Source: Burkholderiaceae bacterium
GTDB lineage: Bacteria; Pseudomonadota; Gammaproteobacteria; Burkholderiales; Burkholderiaceae_C
NCBI GenBank assembly: GCA_016790175.1
Contig: JAEUPI010000094.1
Span: 20,967-84,966, forward strand
DNA length: 64,000 bases
Direction of reading: 5' to 3'
Under the pieces are notes generated by a model, which was given only the letters and a program-made list of their open reading frames with translations, ran no database searches and had not been told where the DNA came from. The position numbers were made by a program, and so were the translations under genes. Shown in pieces: positions 52,866-61,761 of the stretch. Within the stretch, counting starts at the first letter, position 1. Each line of letters opens with the position of its first letter.

Positions 52866-54701
52866 ATGAAGTTCCCGGTTCCGCACGACGTCAAAGCCCA
52901 GACCATTCCCGGCACCGAAGGCTGGGAGCGCATGTATCCGTACCAGTACCAGTTCGTCACCGACGACCCGGTGAGGAGCGGCTACGAGAAGGAGACCTTC
53001 TGGTTCTACGACGGGCTGCACTACCCCGAGCCGCTGTACCCGTTCGACACCATCTGGGACGAGGCCTGGTACCTGGCCCTCTCGCAGTTCAACAACCGCA
53101 TCTTCATGGTGCCGCCGGTGCGCGGCGTCGACCACCGCATCATCAACGGCTACGTCTACATCTCGCCGGTGCCGGTGAAGGACGGCAACGAGATCGGCAG
53201 CCGGGTCCCGCACTTCATGGAGCGCGCCGGCCACTACTACAAGAACTGGGACGCGCTCGAGGCCAAGTGGAAGGTGAAGATGGAAGCCACCATCCGCGAG
53301 TTGGAGGCGCTGCAGATCCCGCGCCTGGCCGACATGGAAGACCTGTCGGTGGTGACCGGCGCGCTCGGCGAATCGCACGGCTACCACCTGCTGAAGAACT
53401 ACGACGACCTGATCAACCTCGGCATCAAGTGCTGGCAGTACCACTTCGAGTTCCTGAACCTCGGCTACGCGGCCTACGTGTTCTTCCTCGATTTCGCGCA
53501 GAAGCTGTTCCCCAACATCCCGGCGCAGCGCGTGACGCAGATGATCTCGGGCATCGACGTCATCATGTACCAGCCCGACGAGGAGCTGAAGAAGCTGGCG
53601 CGGCTGGCGATCGAGCTGCGCGTCGATGAAGTGATCACCTTCAGCCCACAGTGGAGCGTGGTCGAGGAGGCGCTGAAGAAGCTGCCGCAGGGCGTGAAGT
53701 GGCTGACCTCGCTGAACCTGGCGCGCGAGCCCTGGTTCAACATCTCCACCGGCACCGGCTGGTTCCACCACGACCGCTCGTGGAACGACCAGATGAACGT
53801 GCCGCTGTCGGGCATCGCGACCTACATCCACAAGCTCAAGCAGGGTGTGTCGATCGACCGGCCCACCGACAAGGTGCGCGCCGAGCGCGACCGCATCACC
53901 GCCGAGTACCGCGCGCTGATCGACAAGCCCGAGGACCTGAAGCAGTTCGACGAGCTGCTCGGCTGCGCCAAGACCGTGTTCCCGTACGTCGAGAACCATC
54001 TCTTCTACGTCGAGCACTGGTTCCACTCGGTGTTCTGGAACAAGATGCGCGAGGTCGGCGCGATCATGAAGGAGCATGGCGTCATCGCCGACGTCGAGGA
54101 CGTCTGGCTGCTGCGCCGCGACGAGATCAAGTCGGCGCTGTGGGACATCGTCACCGCCTGGGCCACCGGCGTCACGCCACGCGGCACGCAGACCTGGCCC
54201 AGGGAGATCGAGTGGCGCAAGGGCGTGATGAGCAAGTTCAAGGAGTGGCACGCGCCGCCGGCGATCGGCACCGCGCCGGAAGTGATTCAAGAGCCCTTCA
54301 CGATCGTCTTGTGGGGCGTCACCAACAAGTCGCTCGCCGACTGGGCCTCGGTGCAGGAGGTGGCCGACCCCGAAACCATCACCGAGCTGAAGGGCTTCGC
54401 CGGCAGCCCCGGCATCATCGAAGGCCGCGCGCGGGTGTGCCGCACGGTCGGCGAAGTCGGCGACCTGCGCGAAGGCGAGATCCTGGTCGCGCCGACCACC
54501 TCGCCGTCGTGGGCACCGGCGTTCGCCAAGATCGGCGCCTGCATCACCGACGTCGGCGGCGTGATGAGCCATGCCGCGATCGTCTGCCGCGAGTACGGCA
54601 TGCCCGCGGTGGTGGGCACCGGCCACGCGACCAAGGTGATCCGCACCGGCATGATGCTGCGCGTCGACGGCTCGACCGGGGCGGTCAGCATCGCACGCTA
54701 G
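52866..54701 (+). CDS. Phenylphosphate synthase alpha-subunit-like PEP-utilising enzyme (611 aa)
   Basis: C-terminal swivelling His domain ...GSPGIIEGRARV...GEILVAPTTSPSWAPAF...ITDVGGVMSHAAIVCREYGMPAVVG. The size and the split from the ATP-grasp subunit are as in PpsA. Confidence 0.7.
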   Translation: MKFPVPHDVKAQTIPGTEGWERMYPYQYQFVTDDPVRSGYEKETFWFYDGLHYPEPLYPFDTIWDEAWYLALSQFNNRIFMVPPVRGVDHRIINGYVYISPVPVKDGNEIGSRVPHFMERAGHYYKNWDALEAKWKVKMEATIRELEALQIPRLADMEDLSVVTGALGESHGYHLLKNYDDLINLGIKCWQYHFEFLNLGYAAYVFFLDFAQKLFPNIPAQRVTQMISGIDVIMYQPDEELKKLARLAIELRVDEVITFSPQWSVVEEALKKLPQGVKWLTSLNLAREPWFNISTGTGWFHHDRSWNDQMNVPLSGIATYIHKLKQGVSIDRPTDKVRAERDRITAEYRALIDKPEDLKQFDELLGCAKTVFPYVENHLFYVEHWFHSVFWNKMREVGAIMKEHGVIADVEDVWLLRRDEIKSALWDIVTAWATGVTPRGTQTWPREIEWRKGVMSKFKEWHAPPAIGTAPEVIQEPFTIVLWGVTNKSLADWASVQEVADPETITELKGFAGSPGIIEGRARVCRTVGEVGDLREGEILVAPTTSPSWAPAFAKIGACITDVGGVMSHAAIVCREYGMPAVVGTGHATKVIRTGMMLRVDGSTGAVSIAR

Positions 54702-54716
54702 CCGAGGCCGGCGGCG

Positions 54717-55856
54717 ATGAGCAGCGTGCTGCAGCCGATGACCGGCCGCGTTGCGGCGGCGGCGTCCACCTGGGCGACGCCGCCGGCGGTGTGCTGGTTC
54801 GAGGATTGCCGCAAGGACTCGGTGCCGCTGGTCGGCGGCAAGTGCGCGTCGCTCGGCGAGCTGATCAATGCCGGCGTGCGCGTGCCGCCCGGCTTCGCGT
54901 TCACCACCGAGGGCTACCGGCGCTTCGTCGCCGACGCCGGGGTCGGCGCCGAGCTGCGCTCGCTGCTGCAGGGTATCGACCTGCGCGACCTCGACGCGCT
55001 GGAGGCGGCCAGCGCACGCATCCGCACGCTGATCGAGGCGCATTCCTTCAGCGCCGAGATCGAGGACGAGGTCGCCGAGTGCTACCGCAAGCTGTCGCTG
55101 CGCTGCGGGCTGCCGGCGGCACCCGTGGCAGTTCGCTCCAGCGCCACCGCCGAAGACCTGGCCGACGCCAGCTTCGCCGGCCAGCAGGACACCTACCTGT
55201 GGATCCGCGGCGTCGACGAGGTGCTGCACCACATACGCCGCTGCATCTCGAGCCTCTACACCGGCCGCGCGATCGCGTACCGCGCCAACAAGGGTTTCGC
55301 GGACACCGGTCTCGGCATCAGCGTCGGCGTGCAGAAGATGGCCAACGCCTACACCGCCGGCGTGATGTTCACCGTGCACCCGGCCAGCGGCGACCGCTCG
55401 GTGATCGTGATCGACTCGAATTTCGGCTTCGGCGAGTCGGTGGTGTCGGGCGAGGTCACGCCTGACCAGTTCGTCGTCAACAAGGTCACGCTCGACATCA
55501 TCGAACGCACGATTTCGCAGAAGCTGGTCTGCGTCACGGTCGACCCGAAGGCGCAGGCGGCGCGCACGATCGAGGTGCCGTTCGAGCGCCAGCGCGTGCA
55601 GTCGCTGATCGACGACGAGATCACCGAGCTGGCCTGGATGGGCAAGAAGATCGAGCAGCACTACGGCCGCGCGATGGACATCGAGTGGGCGGTCGACAAG
55701 GACCTGCCCGCCGGCGGCAACATCTTCATCCTGCAGGCGCGCCCCGAGACCGTGTGGAGCGCGCGCCAGCAAGCGGCCGCCGGCACCACGCCGCCCGCGC
55801 GCTCGGCAATGGACTACATCCTCTCGGCGATGCTCACCGGCAAGAAGGTCGGCTGA
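54717..55856 (+). CDS. Phenylphosphate synthase beta-subunit-like ATP-grasp (PEP synthase N-terminal) protein (379 aa)
   Basis: ...LVGGKCASLGELINAGVRVPPGFAFT...VAVRSSATAEDLADASFAGQQDTYL...MDIEWAVDKD...IFILQARPET. Confidence 0.7.
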   Translation: MSSVLQPMTGRVAAAASTWATPPAVCWFEDCRKDSVPLVGGKCASLGELINAGVRVPPGFAFTTEGYRRFVADAGVGAELRSLLQGIDLRDLDALEAASARIRTLIEAHSFSAEIEDEVAECYRKLSLRCGLPAAPVAVRSSATAEDLADASFAGQQDTYLWIRGVDEVLHHIRRCISSLYTGRAIAYRANKGFADTGLGISVGVQKMANAYTAGVMFTVHPASGDRSVIVIDSNFGFGESVVSGEVTPDQFVVNKVTLDIIERTISQKLVCVTVDPKAQAARTIEVPFERQRVQSLIDDEITELAWMGKKIEQHYGRAMDIEWAVDKDLPAGGNIFILQARPETVWSARQQAAAGTTPPARSAMDYILSAMLTGKKVG

Positions 55857-55914
55857 CGCCCGCCATTCCTCCCACCCCTCTTCCGAAACCAGCCTCAACC
55901 ACGGAGTGACATCT

Positions 55915-57429
55915 ATGAACGCCCGCAACGAAGTCCGCCCGATCGACGACCTGCGCAGCTACATCGCGGCGCTCGAGGCGCACGGACAACTGCACCGCGT
56001 GAAGACCGAGGTCGACTGGAAGTTCGAGCTGTGCCACGTGTCCAAGGTCAACGAGGAGCAGAAGGGCCCGGCGCTGATGTACGAGAACGTGAAGGGCTAC
56101 GACATCCCGGTGTTCACCAGCGCCTTCACCACGCCGCAGCGCCTGGCGATCGCGCTCGAGCAGGACGCGTCGCTGTCGATGAGCCAGCTGTCGAAGAAGT
56201 GGATGCAGCTGACCACCGCCAAACTGATCAAGCCGACCATCGTGAAGGACCCGCCGGTGATGGACAACCAGATCACAGGCGACGCGATCGACATCGAGAA
56301 GTTTCCGTCGCCGTGGTTCTACCCCGACGACGGCGGGCGCTTCTTCGTCACCGCGGGCTACCTGGTGACCCAGGACCCCGACACCGGCTGGACCAATCTC
56401 GGCACCTACCGCTCGCAGGTACTGGGCAAGAACATCCTCGGCTCGCAGATCATCAAGGGCAAGCACGGCGACATGCACATGAAGAAGTACGCCGAGCGCG
56501 GCGAGCTGATGCCCGCGGCGGCGGTGGTCGGCTGCGACCCGGTGCTGTTCCTCGCCGGCTCGACGCTGGTGAGCGCCGGCGTCGACGAATACGACATCGC
56601 CGGCTCGCTGCGCGGCCGCCCGGTGCCGGTGTTCAAGTCCGAGGTCACCGGGCTCACGCTGCCGGCCAACGCCGAGATCATCGCCGAGGGCTTCATCGAC
56701 CCGAACGAGCTGATGGATGAAGGCCCGTTCGGCGAATACACCGGCTACTACTCGGGCAACAAGGGCAAGGACTATCCGAAGCCGGTGCTGCGCATCAAGC
56801 GCATCCTGCATCGCCACAAGCCGGTGATGTGGGCGACCACGGTCGGCAAGCCGATCAACGACATCCACATGATCCAGTCGCTGAACCGCACCGCCACGCT
56901 GTGGTACGACCTCGAGACGATGAAGGTGCCGGGCATCCAGAGCGTGTACATACCGCCCGAGGCCTGCGGCCGCTTCTGGGTGGTGGTGTCGGTGAAGCAG
57001 ATGTACCCGGGGCACTCAAGCCACGTCGGCAATGCCGTGATCGCAAGCACCACCGGACACTACGGCGTCAAGGGCGTGATCACCGTCGACCACGACATCG
57101 AGGCCGACGACTGGGACCGCGTCTGGTGGGCGCTGGCCACGCGCTTCGATCCCAAGCGCTCGGCGCAGATCATCGACCGCGGCCGCTCGACGCCGCTCGA
57201 CCCCGGGCTGCCGATCGAGGCGCGCGAGATCACCAGCCGCATCATCCTCGACGCCTGCACGCCGTTCGAGTGGAAGAACAAGCCCAACGAGATCTTCATG
57301 GACCGCGCGGTGCTGCAGAAGGTGTCGGACCGGTGGAACGACTATGGCTTCGCCGGCGCCAGCCCGGTGGCGGGGATGATCAATCGCCTGACGAAGCCCG
57401 AGGCGCCCAAGAAGGCCAAATCACAGTAG
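55915..57429 (+). CDS. UbiD-family (prenyl-FMN-dependent) reversible decarboxylase/carboxylase
   Basis: RBS ggag + ATG at 55915; IDDLRSYIAALEAHGQLHRVKTEVDW.FEL..V...; GPFGEYTGYY motif; about 505 aa. Confidence 0.85.
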   Translation: MNARNEVRPIDDLRSYIAALEAHGQLHRVKTEVDWKFELCHVSKVNEEQKGPALMYENVKGYDIPVFTSAFTTPQRLAIALEQDASLSMSQLSKKWMQLTTAKLIKPTIVKDPPVMDNQITGDAIDIEKFPSPWFYPDDGGRFFVTAGYLVTQDPDTGWTNLGTYRSQVLGKNILGSQIIKGKHGDMHMKKYAERGELMPAAAVVGCDPVLFLAGSTLVSAGVDEYDIAGSLRGRPVPVFKSEVTGLTLPANAEIIAEGFIDPNELMDEGPFGEYTGYYSGNKGKDYPKPVLRIKRILHRHKPVMWATTVGKPINDIHMIQSLNRTATLWYDLETMKVPGIQSVYIPPEACGRFWVVVSVKQMYPGHSSHVGNAVIASTTGHYGVKGVITVDHDIEADDWDRVWWALATRFDPKRSAQIIDRGRSTPLDPGLPIEAREITSRIILDACTPFEWKNKPNEIFMDRAVLQKVSDRWNDYGFAGASPVAGMINRLTKPEAPKKAKSQ

Positions 57430-57457
57430 CCGCAGCACCTCGACGGGCGCGACGACC

Positions 57458-58702
57458 ATGGCACGCAAGGGCATCGTCATCATCTGCAACCTCGACACGC
57501 GCGGGGAGGACATCGTCTTCGTCAAGGAGCTGATCGCCGCGCGTGGCCACGAGCCGATCCTGCTCGACTTCAGCATGGAGGAGCCGCCGCCCTTTGCCGG
57601 CGACATCACGACCGAACAGGTGGCCGCGCGCGGCGGCATGACGATCGCAACCGTGCGCGAGAAGTACCGCAGCGACCGCGACGCCGCCTCGCAGAACCAG
57701 ATCCGCGGTGCGGCAGCCATCGTCGGCGAGCTGCACAAGGCCGGCCGCGTGCATGGTGTGATCGGCATCGGCGGCGGCACCTGCACACTGGTGGCGACCT
57801 CGGTGATGAAGCAGCTGCCGTTCGGGCTGCCCAAGCTGATGGCCTCGCCGATGGCGGCGCATCCGGCCTACATCGACGGCTACGTCGGCACGCGCGACAT
57901 CACGATGCACCACACGGTGCTCGACATCGTCAAGATGAACCCGCTGCTGCGCGCGCAGATCACCAACGCGGTCGGCGCCATCTGTGGCATGGTCGAGATG
58001 ACGCTCGGCACCGACTTCCGCTTCGACAAGCCATGCGTCGCGATCTCGTCGTTCAGCTTCGGCGAGATGGCGGTGCAGGCGGCGCTGCCGATGCTCGAGG
58101 AAGCCGGCTTCACGCCGATCGTCTGTCACGCGCAGGGCAAGGGCGACCGCGCGATGGAAGAGATGATCCGCGACGGCGCCTTCCAGGGCGTGATCGACCT
58201 CTGCATCGGCGGCGTGATGGAGAACCTGTACAAGGGCAACCGCGATCCGGGCCCGGACCGGCTGAAGGCCGCCGCCGCGGCCGGCATCCCGGCCGTGCTG
58301 GCACCGTGCGGGCTCGACATCCTGTCGTACGGCGGCCGTGCCGACATGCTGGAGAAGACCAAGGACCGGCCGCAGTTCGTGCAGGACGCGCTGCGCGTGC
58401 AGGTGCGCACCAGCGCCGACGAGCTGCGCGCCGCAGCCGACGTGATCGCCGAGCGGCTGAACGCGGCGCGCGGGCCGTGGACCTTCCTCGTGCCGCGCAA
58501 GGGCTGGTCGTCGCTCGACCGTGAGGGCCGGCCGATCTTCGATCCGCAGGCCGACGCGGCCTTCGTCACGCGGCTGCAGGAGCGACTCGACGATCCGTCG
58601 CACGTGCAGGAAGTCGACCTGCACCTGTACACGCCCGAGTTCGCCGGCGCTGCGGTCGCCGAGTTCGTGCGGCTGTTCGGCGCTACGCCCGCGCGGGCCT
58701 GA
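57458..58702 (+). CDS. UPF0261 / Tm-1-like ATP-binding family protein
   Basis: GIVIICNLDTRGEDIVFVKELIAARGHEPILLDFS... and ...VIGIGGGTCTLVATSVMKQLPFGLPKLM... Confidence 0.7.
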   Translation: MARKGIVIICNLDTRGEDIVFVKELIAARGHEPILLDFSMEEPPPFAGDITTEQVAARGGMTIATVREKYRSDRDAASQNQIRGAAAIVGELHKAGRVHGVIGIGGGTCTLVATSVMKQLPFGLPKLMASPMAAHPAYIDGYVGTRDITMHHTVLDIVKMNPLLRAQITNAVGAICGMVEMTLGTDFRFDKPCVAISSFSFGEMAVQAALPMLEEAGFTPIVCHAQGKGDRAMEEMIRDGAFQGVIDLCIGGVMENLYKGNRDPGPDRLKAAAAAGIPAVLAPCGLDILSYGGRADMLEKTKDRPQFVQDALRVQVRTSADELRAAADVIAERLNAARGPWTFLVPRKGWSSLDREGRPIFDPQADAAFVTRLQERLDDPSHVQEVDLHLYTPEFAGAAVAEFVRLFGATPARA

Positions 58703-58719
58703 CGGCAAGGGAGCGGACC

Positions 58720-59424
58720 ATGCTGGTGCGCGACTGGATGCAGGCCGACCCGATCACGATTGCCAGCGACACGCTGGTGTCGCAGGCCAAGCGTCTGCTC
58801 GCCGACCACAACCTGCACGCGCTGCCGGTGGTCGACGACGGGCGGTTGCGCGGCCTGGTCACGCGCGCCAACCTGCTGCGCATGGGCGCCTTCGTGCTGC
58901 GCACGCAGGACCCCGACGAGTTCAACTACTTCGTGACGCGGCTGCGGGTGCGCGATGTGATGGTGCGCCGGCCGGCGACGATCCAGGCCGGCGACACGAT
59001 GCAGCAGTGCCTGCGCCGCGGCCGCGAACTCGGCGTCGCGCAGTTTCCGGTGCTCGACGGCGAGCGTGTCGTCGGCGTGATCTCGGCCAACGAGATCTTC
59101 CAGATCGCCGCGCACTGCCTCGGCGCCTGGGAGCGCCGCAACGGGCTGACGATCGGGCCGGTGCGCCTCGAACCCGGCGTGATCGGACGCGTGGCCGAGG
59201 TCGCTGAGCGCGCGGGCGCGGTGCTGCAGGCGCTGTTTCCGGTGCTGGGTCGGCGCGACGCGCCGTGCAGCGACGGTTCATCGCCGTGCCGGCTCATCGT
59301 GTGCTTCGACGCGGGCGACGTCGGCGCGGTCGCGGCGGCGCTCGCCGCCGACGGCTTTCCGGTGATCGAGTCGATCGCCCCGGTGCCACCGGTCGCGGCG
59401 GCACGGATACCCCATCCGGCCTGA
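58720..59424 (+). CDS. Tandem-CBS-domain protein (PpsC-like stimulatory subunit?)
   Basis: Two CBS motifs (VRDWMQADPITIASDT...LHALPVVDDGRLRGLVT; VRDVMVRRPATIQAGD...QFPVLDGERVVGVISANEIF) plus a C-terminal ACT-like region. Confidence 0.7.
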   Translation: MLVRDWMQADPITIASDTLVSQAKRLLADHNLHALPVVDDGRLRGLVTRANLLRMGAFVLRTQDPDEFNYFVTRLRVRDVMVRRPATIQAGDTMQQCLRRGRELGVAQFPVLDGERVVGVISANEIFQIAAHCLGAWERRNGLTIGPVRLEPGVIGRVAEVAERAGAVLQALFPVLGRRDAPCSDGSSPCRLIVCFDAGDVGAVAAALAADGFPVIESIAPVPPVAAARIPHPA

Positions 59425-59434
59425 GGAACCGCTC

Positions 59435-60028
59435 ATGACCCTGCCCCTGATCGTCGCGATCACCGGCGCCACCGGCGTCATCTACGGCGTCGAGCTGCTG
59501 CGCGTGCTGAAGCAGCTCGGCCAGCCGACTCACCTGATCCTGAGCGAGGCCGCGGGGCTGAACCTGTCGATCGAGACCGACTACACGCTGGAGGACGTGC
59601 GCGCGCTGGCCGACGTGGTGTATCCGAACAAGGACGTCGGCGCCGCGCCGGCCAGCGGCTCGTTCCGCACCCGCGGCATGATCGTCGCGCCGTGCACGGT
59701 GAAGACGCTCTCCGCCATCGCCAACTCGTTCACCTACAACCTGGTGGTGCGCGCCGCCGACGTGCAGCTGAAAGAGGGCCGCAAGCTGGTGCTCCTCGTG
59801 CGCGAAACGCCGCTGCACAAGGGCCATCTGGAGCTGATGGCGCGCGCCGCCGACTGCGGCGCGACGCTGTTGCCGCCGATGCCGGCGTTCTACCACCGCC
59901 CGCAGACGATCATGGACCTGGTGCACCAGACGATCGGCAAAGCGCTCGATCAGGTCGGCATCGAGCATGACCTGTTCCGCCGCTGGAGCGGGCACGGCGG
60001 CGACGACAAGAAGGCGGCACCGCGCTGA
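59435..60028 (+). CDS. ubiX: UbiX-family flavin prenyltransferase
   Basis: LIVAITGATGVIYGVELLRVL..., ...GMIVAPCTVKTLSAIANSF..NL..RAADV.LKE.RKLVL..RETPL.... Confidence 0.88.
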   Translation: MTLPLIVAITGATGVIYGVELLRVLKQLGQPTHLILSEAAGLNLSIETDYTLEDVRALADVVYPNKDVGAAPASGSFRTRGMIVAPCTVKTLSAIANSFTYNLVVRAADVQLKEGRKLVLLVRETPLHKGHLELMARAADCGATLLPPMPAFYHRPQTIMDLVHQTIGKALDQVGIEHDLFRRWSGHGGDDKKAAPR

Positions 60029-60243
60029 CGCGCTTACCGTCGCGCACCAATGCAGACGGGCGATGCGACGGCCGCCGTGCTGGCGCCGAACGCCAAGCGG
60101 CGTTCGCTGGTTCGACTAACCGGTGAACGTGCTGCGCGGCGGTGACCTCACTGGCCTGACCGTCACGCACCGCTGAGCCGCCGTCGCCGCGTGCTGCGGC
60201 CGGCGCCCCGACTGAACGAGGACACGAGCCGGGCCTGCAAATT

Positions 60244-60729
60244 CTATCTGGGAGTTGACGTGCACGACCGCCCGGAAGAGGTGCTTCGAGTGTTCTTGAC
60301 GGCTTTCGACGACGTGGATGACGACGTGCAGGGTGCACCCGAGCTGCTGGTCGAGGACTGCGACGAGGACGAGCCCGATGTGCTGCGGCTGCCGCCTTGC
60401 GACGTTCCGGTTCCGGTGCGCGAACTGCTCGACGACGTCTTCTTGGTCACCAGGGGTTCGATGCGCGGCAACCCGCTGCGCGTCTCGTACGTGTCGGTGT
60501 AGGGGTTGTAGTACTCGAAGTCGCCATTGCTCTGCCCGCTTCGACACGATGCCTGGAACGGCCGCACGGCGCTGTCGGTGCTGCCGTCCTCTTTGGTCGT
60601 ATAGACGGTGACCGTGCATGTTGACCCACTGCCGGAAGTGGCACCAGCGGCGAGAAGCGGCACCGGCGCAGTCCACAGCGCCATGGCGACACCGAGCGTC
60701 CCTGCAGATGAGTGCGATGCGATCTTCAT
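60244..60729 (-). CDS. Small exported protein with Ser/Thr-rich C-terminal tail (161 aa; 3' half uncertain)
   Basis: Strong RBS aaggaga + ATG at 60729; signal peptide MKIASHSSAGTLGVAMALWTAPVPLLAAG; preceded by repeat-type promoter site 3. The C-terminal 70 aa are low-complexity S/T and an acidic ORF lies antisense. Confidence 0.5.
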   Translation of the reverse strand: MKIASHSSAGTLGVAMALWTAPVPLLAAGATSGSGSTCTVTVYTTKEDGSTDSAVRPFQASCRSGQSNGDFEYYNPYTDTYETRSGLPRIEPLVTKKTSSSSSRTGTGTSQGGSRSTSGSSSSQSSTSSSGAPCTSSSTSSKAVKNTRSTSSGRSCTSTPR

Positions 60730-60795
60730 CGAGACTTCTCCTTTTCAGCGAATCGGCTGCTGCTTCCGGCTCGCGGCGACGGCCACCGAAATTCG

Positions 60796-60830
60796 ATGCT
60801 AGGCCGTAGGCGTTTGTCGAGCGTTTGTCG
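60796..60830 (-). promoter_or_regulatory. Promoter with tandem 11-bp direct repeats (site 3): CGACAAACGCT-CGACAAACGCC-N7-TAGCAT
   Basis: Repeats at 60809-60830 (units identical except for one base); -10-like TAGCAT at 60796-60801; 67 nt upstream of the ATG at 60729. Confidence 0.6.
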
Positions 60831-61051
60831 CAGGGGCACGCCCTGCAGGACTGCGGCATCGACCACCTGGGTGACGACCGCGAGCGCCTGCGCCAGCGCT
60901 ATGCGCCGGCGGCGCATCCGATGGCCGTCGAGGTCGTGCGTTGGCTGGAGGGCGCCGACGCCGTGGACAGCTGGGTCGAGGAGGCGTGATCGACTCACCG
61001 ACCCTTCGTCGATGCTCGCGCCGGGCCGCGGCCCGGGTGTGCGTCAGTCAG

Positions 61052-61654
61052 TCAGCGGTCGGCGTTGGCCCGCGCCCATTCGAGCGCATCCTCCAGGCGA
61101 TCGTCGCCCCAGAACGGCTCGGTGCCGAAGACGAAGGTCGGTGATCCGAACAGGCCCAGCTCGCGTGCGCGTGCGGTGCGCGATCGATAGGCGTCGCGCA
61201 CCGCATCGGACGACGCCTGCGCGAGGCAGCGATCCGCCGGCCGACCCAAGCCCTCCAGGATCGAGCGCAGGACCTCGGGCCGACCGGGATCCTGCTTGCC
61301 CAGGAACCATGTCCTGCAGGCCGCTTGCACGAACTCGGGGCACCAGCCTTCGAGCGCCGCCAACGTCGCCAAGTGATTGGCGAGTTCATCCGCGTCGATC
61401 GGGTACGGCGGGATGCCGTCGAACGGGATGCCGAAACGCAGCGCCCGGCGTTCGAGGTCGCGCCACATGTAGCGCATCTTCACGGGCTTGCCGACGAACG
61501 GGCTGTTGTTCTGCTCGCGCATCAGGGTCCGGACGCTGAACGGTCGCCACACCAGGTCCACCCCGGCGGCGTGCGCGGCCGCCTCGGCGCGCATCACCGA
61601 CAGGTAGCTGTAGGTGCTGCCGATGAAGAAGAAGAACTCGAGGCGGACAGGCAT
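61052..61654 (-). CDS. 2-hydroxychromene-2-carboxylate isomerase / DsbA-like thioredoxin-fold protein
   Basis: Start MPVRLEFFFFIGSTYSYL...; C-terminal ...LGLFGSPTFVFGTEPFWGDDRLEDALEWA, typical of the HCCA isomerase family. Confidence 0.75.
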   Translation of the reverse strand: MPVRLEFFFFIGSTYSYLSVMRAEAAAHAAGVDLVWRPFSVRTLMREQNNSPFVGKPVKMRYMWRDLERRALRFGIPFDGIPPYPIDADELANHLATLAALEGWCPEFVQAACRTWFLGKQDPGRPEVLRSILEGLGRPADRCLAQASSDAVRDAYRSRTARARELGLFGSPTFVFGTEPFWGDDRLEDALEWARANADR

Positions 61655-61761
61655 GGCTGCTCCCGAAAGGCTTTGGGCCGGCGCTCGATGCGTCCATCGC
61701 ATGCGGCCAAGGGGTCGGCGAAATCACGGTCGGGCACCTGACGCTGGCCCGGGTTTCTCAG

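Noticed and set aside
60191-60502. Plus-strand acidic ORF (103 aa) antisense to the small exported protein gene.
   Set aside because: It has no RBS, recognisable motif or promoter, while the minus-strand gene has a strong RBS, a signal peptide and the conserved repeat promoter. It is kept only as a caveat on the 3' half of that gene.
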